A stretch of DNA of 64,000 bases from positions 35,837 to 99,836 of the forward strand of contig CAJJMX010000001.1 of the NCBI GenBank assembly GCA_905192935.1, given 5' to 3'. A program made the translations under genes and the position numbers. Every line of letters begins with the position of its first letter. Position 1 is the first letter of the stretch. The DNA is from an uncultured Mailhella sp. Its GTDB lineage: Bacteria > Desulfobacterota > Desulfovibrionia > Desulfovibrionales > Desulfovibrionaceae. Shown here piece after piece: positions 10,986 to 19,141 of the stretch. The notes below the pieces were generated by a model, which was not told the origin of the DNA, made no database searches, and was given only the letters and a program-made list of their open reading frames with translations.

Positions 10986-12191
10986 ATGCGTATTCTTGTG
11001 CAGAAATTCGGAGGTTCCTCCGTCGCCGACCTGGAGTGCATGAAAAAGGTGCGCACCAAGGTGCTTGCCGCGCTTGAGGAAGGCTACAAGGTAGTGGTGG
11101 TTCTCTCCGCCCGCTACGGCCAGACCAACAGCCTGCTGGAAAGAGCCTATCAGTGGTCGGACGAACCCGATCCCGCAGAACTCGACGTTCTGCTCACCAC
11201 CGGCGAACAGGAATCGGTGGCGCTTTTTTCCATGCTCCTGCGTGATTCCGGCGTGAAGGCCCGTTCCTTCCTGGGCTTCCAGCTGCCCGTCATCACCGAT
11301 GACGCCTACGGCAACGCCCGCATCGACACCATCGATGCCGACACCATCAGGGAAGCCTTCAAGACCTATGACGTGGTCGTCATGGCCGGTTTCCAGGGAC
11401 GCACGCCCGACATGCGTCTCACCACGCTCGGCCGCGGCGGTTCGGACACCTCCGCCGTCGCCGTGGCAGCCGCTCTCGGCGACGAGACCCGCTGCGACAT
11501 CTATACCGACGTGGACGGCGTCTACACCACCGATCCGCGCATGTGCAAGGACGCCCACAAGATGGAGCGCATCAGCTACGACGAGATGCTGGAAATGGCT
11601 TCCATGGGCGCCAAGGTCCTGCAGATACGTTCCGTAGAAATTGCTGAAAAATATAATGTTCCCGTCCGGGTGCGTTCCACCTTCTCGAACGATCCGGGCA
11701 CGCTGGTCACCAAGGAGGACATCATGATGGAGTCCGTGCTCGTTTCGGGCATCGCTTTTGATAAGGATCAAGCCAGAGTCACGCTCCGCGACGTGCACGA
11801 CAGACCCGGCTCTGCGGCCAGCATCTTCAGTCCTCTGGGCAAGGCGGGCATCGTGGTGGACATGATCATCCAGACCGCCAGCCGCGACGGCGTCACCGAC
11901 ATGGCCTTCACCGTGTCCCGCAAGGATCTGAAGCGCACGCTCGACGTGCTGGAAAAGGCCGCTCCCGCCTGCAGCAGCATCGAACACTCCTCCAACATCG
12001 CCAAGGTCTCCGTGGTGGGCGTGGGCATGCGCAATCACAGCGGCGCCGCCAGCCGGGCCTTCGACGCTCTCTACAAGGCCGGCATCAACCTGATCATGAT
12101 CAGCACCTCGGAAGTGAAGATTTCCTGCCTGGTGGACGAGGCCGACCTCGAACTTGCCGTCAACGTTCTTCACAAGGAATTCGACCTGTAG
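10986..12191 (+). CDS. lysC: Aspartate kinase (alpha subunit, two ACT domains)
   Basis: VQKFGGSSV, TTLGRGGSDTSA, TDVDGVYTTDPR, STSEVKIS. Confidence 0.97.
   Translation: MRILVQKFGGSSVADLECMKKVRTKVLAALEEGYKVVVVLSARYGQTNSLLERAYQWSDEPDPAELDVLLTTGEQESVALFSMLLRDSGVKARSFLGFQLPVITDDAYGNARIDTIDADTIREAFKTYDVVVMAGFQGRTPDMRLTTLGRGGSDTSAVAVAAALGDETRCDIYTDVDGVYTTDPRMCKDAHKMERISYDEMLEMASMGAKVLQIRSVEIAEKYNVPVRVRSTFSNDPGTLVTKEDIMMESVLVSGIAFDKDQARVTLRDVHDRPGSAASIFSPLGKAGIVVDMIIQTASRDGVTDMAFTVSRKDLKRTLDVLEKAAPACSSIEHSSNIAKVSVVGVGMRNHSGAASRAFDALYKAGINLIMISTSEVKISCLVDEADLELAVNVLHKEFDL
11724..12191 (+). CDS. Putative in-frame aspartate kinase beta subunit from an internal start
   Basis: AAGGAGG at 11712-11718 then in-frame ATG ATG (11724/11727) at the start of the ACT region. 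Confidence 0.65.
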   Translation: MMESVLVSGIAFDKDQARVTLRDVHDRPGSAASIFSPLGKAGIVVDMIIQTASRDGVTDMAFTVSRKDLKRTLDVLEKAAPACSSIEHSSNIAKVSVVGVGMRNHSGAASRAFDALYKAGINLIMISTSEVKISCLVDEADLELAVNVLHKEFDL

Positions 12192-12228
12192 TCGTCCGGG
12201 CTTCGGCCCGGCCATGCCATATCAACGT

Positions 12229-12255
12229 AAGGGGAGCATGCTCCCCTTTCTTTTT
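12229..12255 (+). terminator. Probable terminator after lysC
   Basis: AAGGGGAGC-at-GCTCCCCTT then TCTTTTT; a cUUCGg hairpin lies at 12196-12211. Confidence 0.55.
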
Positions 12256-12286
12256 CCATCTGCCGCAAGGTTACGGCGAGGCCGCC

Positions 12287-12637
12287 ATGACTCTCCATCT
12301 GCCCGTTCCCGTCATCACCGTCCTTCTGCTCATCGGCTCCAACATCTTCATGACCTATGCCTGGTACGGCCATCTGCGTCATCAGTCCCTCACCTTTGTG
12401 GGAGCCATCCTTGTAAGCTGGGGCATAGCCTTCTTTGAATACTGCCTTCAGGTGCCCGCCAACCGCGTGGGCTACGGCTATTTTTCCGCCGCCGAGCTCA
12501 AGACCATCCAGGAAGTCATTTCCCTGACCATCTTCGGCATATTCTCAACGCTCTATCTCGGCGAGAGCCTGACCTGGAACCATGCCGTGGGCTTTGCGCT
12601 CATCGTGGCCGGAGCCTTCTTCGTGTTCAAGGGATAG
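12287..12637 (+). CDS. DMT family small membrane protein
   Basis: SNIFMTYAWYGHL, SWGIAFFEYCLQVPANRVG, LKTIQEVI. Confidence 0.88.
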   Translation: MTLHLPVPVITVLLLIGSNIFMTYAWYGHLRHQSLTFVGAILVSWGIAFFEYCLQVPANRVGYGYFSAAELKTIQEVISLTIFGIFSTLYLGESLTWNHAVGFALIVAGAFFVFKG

Positions 12638-12785
12638 AGGTCTGGACGGGGCGGAAGGCAGCTCCGTCATCCCGGCAATGCCCCGCATGCACGCAGAAAA
12701 ACTCTAGGATGGCCGCCTGTTGCGGCATCCGCCGCACGCCTTCTCCCGGAACGTCTTTCGAACACGGATCTGAACAGGACAGGAA

Positions 12786-15239
12786 ATGATCTGCCATGTC
12801 GCCCTCTGCACGCCGCCCTATGCCACGCTGAGCTATCTCACGCCCGGAGAATTCCCCGATTTTCCGTGGCGGGTCGGTCTGCGCGTGGCCGTGCCGCTCG
12901 GCAACGGCGCCATACGTGCAGGCGTCGTGACGGCCGTGTTCGACGATGACGACGACAATGCCCTGAAGGAATCCTCCGCCGGTCAGCACAGCATGAAAAA
13001 GGGCGGAGACATTGTCCTGCGGCCCATTACCTGGCCGCTGGAACTCGTTCCTCTTCTGCCGCTCGACTACATGGAGACGGTGGAGCAGCTTGCCGCGCGT
13101 CAGTATTCCTCGCCGGGACGGGTACTCGGCAACCTTCTGCCCCAGGGGCTGAGGGTCACGGCGCGCATACGCGTGCGTCAGTACCTGTCCGATCTTGACG
13201 GAAAAGGCCGCAAGCCCCGTCTTTTCGCCCTGCGCGACATTCCTGCCATGCCCGACACGGAACGCGCCGCTCTGGCCCGGGACTTCATGCAGGGCCGGGC
13301 GGAACTTCTTATGCTGGCCGAGGATGCCGCCGACGGCGAGCTGTGCGCCCTGGCCTGCGACCCGCCGTGGCCGGTGCGTCCCAACGCCGTGAAGCAGCGG
13401 GAAATGCTCGACTGGCTGCTGACAAACGGCGTGGTGTCCCGCAGGCGTCTGCGCGAGGCTCTCCCCGACAGCTCCCAGACGCTGACGGCGCTCATAAAGA
13501 ACAAGCTTGTGGAGCTGCGGCCCGCCGCTCCGGAAGAGGATGAAGCGGAAATCGGCGAGGAGCTGCTGCCCCCTCCGGAACCGCCTTTCCAGCTGACGCA
13601 GGAGCAGCAGGCGGCTCTCGACGAATACTGCGAAGACATGGACGCCCTCGCACGGGGAGAAAAGCAGCCCTTTGCCCGTCTTCTTTTCGGCATCACGGGA
13701 AGCGGCAAGACTGCGGTGTATCTGGAACTCGCCCATGCCTGCCTCAAAAGAGGCCGTTCCGCGCTCATTCTCGCCCCGGAAGTGGCCATAGCCCTCAAAC
13801 TGCGCAGAGACGCCGAGCAGCGCTTTCCCGGCGCCCCCATCTTCTTCTATCACGGTTATCAGAGCCAGCAGCAACGGGAGCGGACCTTCCGACGCCTTGC
13901 CGCGCGCAGCGAGCCCTGCCTCATCATAGGCACGCGCTCCGCGCTGTTTCTGCCCGTGCCGCCTCTCGGTGCCATTGTTCTGGACGAAGAGCACGACGGC
14001 TCCTTCAAGCAGGAGGACCGTCTGCCCTATCAGGCCAAGGAAGTGGCCTGGGAGCGGGCCCGCAGGCACAGGGCTCTTCTCATACTCGGTTCGGCCACCC
14101 CGGACATCAAGACCTTTCACGCCGCTAAGGAAGGGCTCTTTCCCATCTCAAGGCTGACGCACCGCACGGGCGGCGGCACGCTTCCGGCCATAGAGCTCGT
14201 GGACATCAAGGATCAGCCCGCCTCGAAGCTTCTTTCCCCGCGGGCCGTGGAAGCGCTCAGAGAGACCGTGCAGAAAGGCGAACAGGCCGTGGTGCTTCTC
14301 AACCGCAGGGGCTATGCGCCGCTCATGTACTGCCTGAACTGCGGCACCGTGGCCAAATGTCCCAACTGCGACATAGCCCTCACCTACCACAAGAAGCGTG
14401 AACAGCTCGTCTGCCACTACTGCGGGCACACGCGCCCCTTCCCTTCGCCCTGCGAAAAATGCGGCGGCCTGAACTTCCTGCCCATGGGGGAAGGCACGGA
14501 AAAGCTGGAGGAAAGTCTTGCCGGAGAAGAACTTGCCGGAGCCCTGCCTCCGGGCGGCCGCGTGCTCAGGCTCGACCGCGACAGCACGAGCCGTCCCGGA
14601 CGCATGGAAGAGATACTCGCCGCCTTTGCAAGGCAGGAAGCGCAAGTGCTCGTGGGAACACAGATGCTCTCCAAGGGACATCATTTCCCCAATGTCACGC
14701 TGGCCGTGGTGGCCGACGGCGACATGGGCCTCAACATGCCGGACTACCGCTCGGCGGAACGTACGTTTCAGCTTCTCGTGCAGTCGTCGGGACGCGCCGG
14801 ACGCGGAGAAAAACCGGGACGCGTCCTCATCCAGACGAGGGACATCCACCACTACTGCTGGGAATTCGTGAAGACGGGCGACTACGAAGGCTTTTACGAG
14901 CACGAGATCGCCCTGCGAAAACAGCGTCGCTACCCGCCCTTCGTCAAGCTGGCCCTTGTCCGCCTCTCCTATCCCTGGGACTGGAAGGACGGCCAGAGCC
15001 GTGTGAACGCCTTTGCCGCGTCCCTGCGCGCCCACGGCCGTTCTCTCGGACTGACCGTGCTCGGTCCGGCTCCCGCGCCGCTCGCCCGCATCCAGGGCCG
15101 CATGCGCTTCCAGTGCCTCATGAAGGCGGGCACCTGGCCGCAGGTGCGTCAGACCTATGCGCTCGCGCTGAAGGACCTCGGCAACATACCGCACGAGCTC
15201 AGGATCTCCCTCGATCTCGACCCCGTGAACATGCTCTAG
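12786..15239 (+). CDS. priA: Primosomal protein N' (replication restart helicase)
   Basis: GITGSGKT, DEEHD, GSATP, four CxxC pairs, GTQMLSKGHHFP, GRAGR. Confidence 0.97.
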   Translation: MICHVALCTPPYATLSYLTPGEFPDFPWRVGLRVAVPLGNGAIRAGVVTAVFDDDDDNALKESSAGQHSMKKGGDIVLRPITWPLELVPLLPLDYMETVEQLAARQYSSPGRVLGNLLPQGLRVTARIRVRQYLSDLDGKGRKPRLFALRDIPAMPDTERAALARDFMQGRAELLMLAEDAADGELCALACDPPWPVRPNAVKQREMLDWLLTNGVVSRRRLREALPDSSQTLTALIKNKLVELRPAAPEEDEAEIGEELLPPPEPPFQLTQEQQAALDEYCEDMDALARGEKQPFARLLFGITGSGKTAVYLELAHACLKRGRSALILAPEVAIALKLRRDAEQRFPGAPIFFYHGYQSQQQRERTFRRLAARSEPCLIIGTRSALFLPVPPLGAIVLDEEHDGSFKQEDRLPYQAKEVAWERARRHRALLILGSATPDIKTFHAAKEGLFPISRLTHRTGGGTLPAIELVDIKDQPASKLLSPRAVEALRETVQKGEQAVVLLNRRGYAPLMYCLNCGTVAKCPNCDIALTYHKKREQLVCHYCGHTRPFPSPCEKCGGLNFLPMGEGTEKLEESLAGEELAGALPPGGRVLRLDRDSTSRPGRMEEILAAFARQEAQVLVGTQMLSKGHHFPNVTLAVVADGDMGLNMPDYRSAERTFQLLVQSSGRAGRGEKPGRVLIQTRDIHHYCWEFVKTGDYEGFYEHEIALRKQRRYPPFVKLALVRLSYPWDWKDGQSRVNAFAASLRAHGRSLGLTVLGPAPAPLARIQGRMRFQCLMKAGTWPQVRQTYALALKDLGNIPHELRISLDLDPVNML

Positions 15240-15370
15240 TCCGGCAAACGATGCCGACGGCGCGCCGGACGCTCAGGCCGCCTTGCCCCCGGTGCCGGAA
15301 GGCATGAAAAAAGGCCGGGCCTCCCGCATCGCGGAACGGCGCCGGCCGTCATGGCCAATGATGAAGCCGA

Positions 15371-15802
15371 TCAGAACTTATACACGTCCAGAGAAATGGC
15401 GGAAGCGGGCTGACCGTCATCGCCGGGGAACACGCGGGCGCGGATCTTGTCGCCCTTCTTGAGGTCGGCAATGCCCTTCTTGGTTTCCCAGGTGAAGATG
15501 TCGGCGTACACGTTTTCCACGAGCGTGTTGTCGGTCACCTTGATGGTGGAAACCTCTCCCTGCTTGTCCTTGATGGTGAAGGTGCCGTTCTTGACGTCAA
15601 CGCTCTCCACCACGCCGCGTTCCACGACGAAGAGCGGGAAGGTGACCACGATCTCCTCGCTGGGAGCCACGATGACGAAGGGAGTATCGGCCACGGTCTG
15701 CTTCGCCGCCTTGGGCGCAGGAGCGGAATCGGCGGCAAGGGCCATCGCGGGAGCCAGAAGGATACCACAGCAAAAACCGGTGAACAGAGTCTTGATGCGC
15801 AT
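15371..15802 (-). CDS. Exported hypothetical protein with small beta-rich (OB-fold-like) domain
   Basis: Signal peptide ending ALA-AD; GVVESVD..GTFTI..DLKKGDKI pattern; GAGGA RBS; strong codon bias. Confidence 0.75.
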   Translation of the reverse strand: MRIKTLFTGFCCGILLAPAMALAADSAPAPKAAKQTVADTPFVIVAPSEEIVVTFPLFVVERGVVESVDVKNGTFTIKDKQGEVSTIKVTDNTLVENVYADIFTWETKKGIADLKKGDKIRARVFPGDDGQPASAISLDVYKF

Positions 15803-15820
15803 AAGTTCCTCACTTGTTGA

Positions 15821-16771
15821 TCATTCGAGGAACGGCACGCCTCCGGTCACAAGAGCGTCATGCAGCAGATGGCGCAGCCTGTCCGCCATGGGACCGGGAC
15901 GGCCGTCGCCTACAGGCTTGCCGTTGTAGTGCGTGACCGCCACGCACTCGCATGTAGTACCAAGTACCAGAATCTCGGAAGCCTGTTCCACTATTTCTTC
16001 AGTGATATCAGTGATAACTACGGGCATGAAGGCTTTTGCTATCTCCATGGCGCGTATGGCCGTGGTCCCAGGAAGGGCATGACGGAACCTGGGCATGAGC
16101 ATGCGTCCCTCAGGGTCCACCAGAGCCACGTTGGCAATGGCCGCTTCTGCCAGGAAGCCGTCCTCGTCGAAGGAAAAGGTGAGGTCCACGCCCTTTTCCC
16201 GGGCCTCCTTCGCCATGAGCGCATTGGCGAGGTAATTGGTGGACTTTATCTGCGCAAGCCATTCCTGCTTGGCCGGAACGGCGCTTCGCGCGGCCGTGAG
16301 GCCCTTCTGCCAGAAGGACTCGGGAAGAGCCCTTCCTCTGGTCGCCACGATGTACAGGCTGCTCTCAGGACATTCCGCGGGATCCACGCCGAGTCCTCCG
16401 CAGCCGCGGCCGAGCAGCACCTTGAGGCCGCCGTACGGTTCCCCGCCGACTTTTGCCACCTCTATCATGAGGGCCCTCACTTCCTCCCAGGGACAGGGAG
16501 GAACCAGCGACAGCGTGGAGGCGGAATGCTTCATGCGCTCAAGATGAGCGTCGAGCTGCACGATGCGGCCTTCAAGAAAGGTAAGACTCTCAAAGATGGC
16601 GTCGCCGCGGTGCACCATGTGATCATCCAGCGGCACAAGCAGAAGACGGGCATCCCGGCAGATCGCTCCCATGCGATGTTCGTAAAAGGCCGTGACACTG
16701 GCCGCGCCCCTGCGCGGCAGCTCCATGAGCTTCGCCGTCCATCCGGCGGCGTCAAGTACGGGAACAGACAT
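15821..16771 (-). CDS. PLP-dependent aminotransferase class IV (branched-chain/D-amino acid/ADC lyase family)
   Basis: RGDAIFE, HLERM, IKSTNYL (PLP Lys), LPGTT, GDGRPGP. Confidence 0.9.
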   Translation of the reverse strand: MSVPVLDAAGWTAKLMELPRRGAASVTAFYEHRMGAICRDARLLLVPLDDHMVHRGDAIFESLTFLEGRIVQLDAHLERMKHSASTLSLVPPCPWEEVRALMIEVAKVGGEPYGGLKVLLGRGCGGLGVDPAECPESSLYIVATRGRALPESFWQKGLTAARSAVPAKQEWLAQIKSTNYLANALMAKEAREKGVDLTFSFDEDGFLAEAAIANVALVDPEGRMLMPRFRHALPGTTAIRAMEIAKAFMPVVITDITEEIVEQASEILVLGTTCECVAVTHYNGKPVGDGRPGPMADRLRHLLHDALVTGGVPFLE

Positions 16772-16987
16772 GACACACTCTCCATAACTGGCACAAGCCA
16801 GGATTTCCGCGCCGGTACGGCACAATTTCGGCAGACGCGACGCCGAACCTTCCGGCAGTTTCGTGTGCCGCTCTCAAAGAAGCGGCACGGCGGCGCCCGG
16901 AAGAGGACGACGCACAGAACAGCAGCAACAACTGCTCTAGCTCAAAAAAAGGCGGGAGTACAGGCATGCGGCCCTCTTTCGGGCACG

Positions 16988-17011
16988 AAAAAAGGCCTGC
17001 CGAAGCAGGCC
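16988..17011 (-). terminator. Intrinsic terminator after ihfA
   Basis: GGCCTGC-TTCG-GCAGGCC-TTTTTT on the minus strand. Confidence 0.85.
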
Positions 17012-17037
17012 CTTCTTGCATGGGACACCGCCCGAAA

Positions 17038-17343
17038 CTACGCCTCTTCGCCGCCGTTGAGTTCCATGCGGAACTTGCGGGAGAGACGGAACACCACCAC
17101 CTTGCGAGGAGGCAGGGTGATGGATTCATCAGTCTGCGGGTTGCGTCCCTTGCGGGCGTTTTTGTCATAGGCTTCAAACTTGCCGAATCCGCTGATGAGA
17201 AGAGCGTCATCCTTCTTGATGGCCTGCTTCATCAGAGCAAGCAGGTTTTCAACGATATTCTTCACTTCCGCACGGTTGCGGCCGAGATTCTTGTCATTGT
17301 ACACCGCTTCCACAATGTCAGCCTTGGTCAGAGCCTTGTTCAT
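17038..17343 (-). CDS. ihfA: Integration host factor alpha subunit
   Basis: LTKADIVE, ISGFGKF, RKGRNPQT, VVVFRLSRKFR; GGAGG RBS. Confidence 0.9.
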   Translation of the reverse strand: MNKALTKADIVEAVYNDKNLGRNRAEVKNIVENLLALMKQAIKKDDALLISGFGKFEAYDKNARKGRNPQTDESITLPPRKVVVFRLSRKFRMELNGGEEA

Positions 17344-17377
17344 GTTTTTCCTCCTGCCATTCCTTCCTGATACGGAT

Positions 17378-17800
17378 TTAATGCTCCAGGCACGAAGCCA
17401 CTTTCGCGGCCATGGCCTGCATGGCTTCGGCGTCGGAATAATTCCCCTGCTCCCACACGCCGAGCCCATCCCCGTCGAAACGGGGAATGATGTGCCAATG
17501 GATATGAAACATGGTCTGTCCTGCGGACAATCCGTTATTCTGCATGACGTTGAACCCCGTAGCTCCGGTAGCCTTCATGACGGCGGCCCCCAGCTTCTTC
17601 AGCGCGGAAAACACCGCAGGCGCGATGTCGCAGGACACTTCAAGCATGTCCTTGTAGTGCTTCTTGGGAATGACCAGCGTATGGCCGGGATGCACGGGAG
17701 AAAGATCAAGAAACGCCAGAACGGTGTCATCCTCGTATACCTTCGCGCAGGGGATATCCCCGTTGGCGATGAGGCAGAAAATGCATTTTTCTTCAGACAT
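17378..17800 (-). CDS. HIT family hydrolase
   Basis: CIFCLIANG, GHTLVIPK, GQTMFHIHWHIIPR histidine triad. Confidence 0.95.
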   Translation of the reverse strand: MSEEKCIFCLIANGDIPCAKVYEDDTVLAFLDLSPVHPGHTLVIPKKHYKDMLEVSCDIAPAVFSALKKLGAAVMKATGATGFNVMQNNGLSAGQTMFHIHWHIIPRFDGDGLGVWEQGNYSDAEAMQAMAAKVASCLEH

Positions 17801-17847
17801 GACAGTACAGACCTCCAGAGACCCGCGTTTTTGACGCGGGGAAGACC

Positions 17848-17881
17848 TTGTCATCCTAAGCGCAACCGATTAGAACATCAA
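17848..17881. promoter_or_regulatory. Overlapping divergent sigma70-like promoters for the HIT and radical SAM genes
   Basis: Minus: TTGATG-17-TAGGAT (17881-17853); plus: TTGTCA-17-TAGAAC (17848-17876). Confidence 0.45.
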
Positions 17882-17905
17882 GAGCTTTTCTCCCAAGGAA
17901 AAAAA

Positions 17906-18976
17906 ATGTCATCGCTTTCGCCATCTTACGCTCATGCCATGCCTGACCGGATCTTTTTCAAAACAGGGACAAGACAGCGCAGAGCTGATCGCATCATTCC
18001 GGTATTCTTGCCTTTTCTCGGCTGTCCCGGACACTGCGTGTACTGCGCGCAGGACAGGCAGACAGGAGCGGGGCATTCGGAAAATATTCGCGCCATTCTC
18101 GAAAAAGCCCGGACCGCAACATCGCAGCTGCCCCCATGCGGTCCCGGAGAGACAAGAGAACTCGCCTTTTACGGCGGAACCTTCACGGCGCTTCCCCCCG
18201 CCGACCGCCGCGCGTGCCTCGACCTTCTGCACACGCTTCAGGATCAGGGACGCATCACGCATGCGCGCTGCTCCACAAGACCGGACACGCTCCCGGCGTC
18301 CGTTCTGGACGAGCTGCTCCGAAACGGCGTGGACCTTGTGGAGCTCGGCATACAGAGCTTCGACGACAGGGCGCTTTCCCTCTCCCGCCGGGGCTACTCG
18401 GGCAAGGATGCCGAAGAGGGCTGCCGAAAGGTGCGGGAAGCCGGTCTGGAACTCGGCGTGCAGCTTCTTCCCGGCATGCCGGGAAGCTCTCCCGAGGTCT
18501 TTCTTGCCGATGCAAAAAAGACCCTTACCCTTTTTCCCGCCTGCCTGCGCTTCTATCCCTGCCTTGTTCCCGAAGGCACGGTGCTTGCGCGCTGGTACAG
18601 GGAGGGACGCTACCGCCCGTGGAGCCTGAAGGAAACCACGGAGACCCTGGGCAGAGCTCTGTCTCTTGCCTGGCAGGCGGACGTTGCCGTCATCCGGCTT
18701 TCCGTGGCTCCGGAACCCGCCTTCGACGCCGCCCTCGTCGCCGGACCGAGACATCCGGCCCTCGGAGCGCTCATTCAGGCCGAAGCGCTGCTTCTCTCCG
18801 CCGAGGACGCCGTAAAAAGACTCGGTCACGCTCCCGTCCGGCTCACGCTGCCGCGTTTCTGTCAGGGCTTCATGTACGGCGACAGAGGATCGCTGAAGGC
18901 GCGCTGGCGTGCTCTCGGCCTGAGAGCGGAAAACATCGTCTTTGATGACGACGCTGCGGGAGCGACCCTCTGCTGA
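17906..18976 (+). CDS. Radical SAM protein (Elp3/YhcC-like, no acetyltransferase domain)
   Basis: PFLGCPGHCVYC CxxxCxxC, AFYGGTFT, STRPD, VELGIQS. Confidence 0.85.
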   Translation: MSSLSPSYAHAMPDRIFFKTGTRQRRADRIIPVFLPFLGCPGHCVYCAQDRQTGAGHSENIRAILEKARTATSQLPPCGPGETRELAFYGGTFTALPPADRRACLDLLHTLQDQGRITHARCSTRPDTLPASVLDELLRNGVDLVELGIQSFDDRALSLSRRGYSGKDAEEGCRKVREAGLELGVQLLPGMPGSSPEVFLADAKKTLTLFPACLRFYPCLVPEGTVLARWYREGRYRPWSLKETTETLGRALSLAWQADVAVIRLSVAPEPAFDAALVAGPRHPALGALIQAEALLLSAEDAVKRLGHAPVRLTLPRFCQGFMYGDRGSLKARWRALGLRAENIVFDDDAAGATLC

Positions 18977-19060
18977 CCTCTCCCGGGCCGTCGGACACGC
19001 CTTCAGCGCCTAGATTCCTTGCAGGAGCAGGAGAAATACGTCATTTGTGCCGTCCGGGAC

Positions 19061-19088
19061 TTGACGCTCCCCCCTTTTAACGTATGTT
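19061..19088 (+). promoter_or_regulatory. Putative sigma70 promoter of topA
   Basis: TTGACG-16-TATGTT. Confidence 0.5.
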
Positions 19089-19141
19089 CCTTGACGACGG
19101 AGGCTCAACCTCCCTTTGAAATTCCTACTTGTGAGCGAGCT

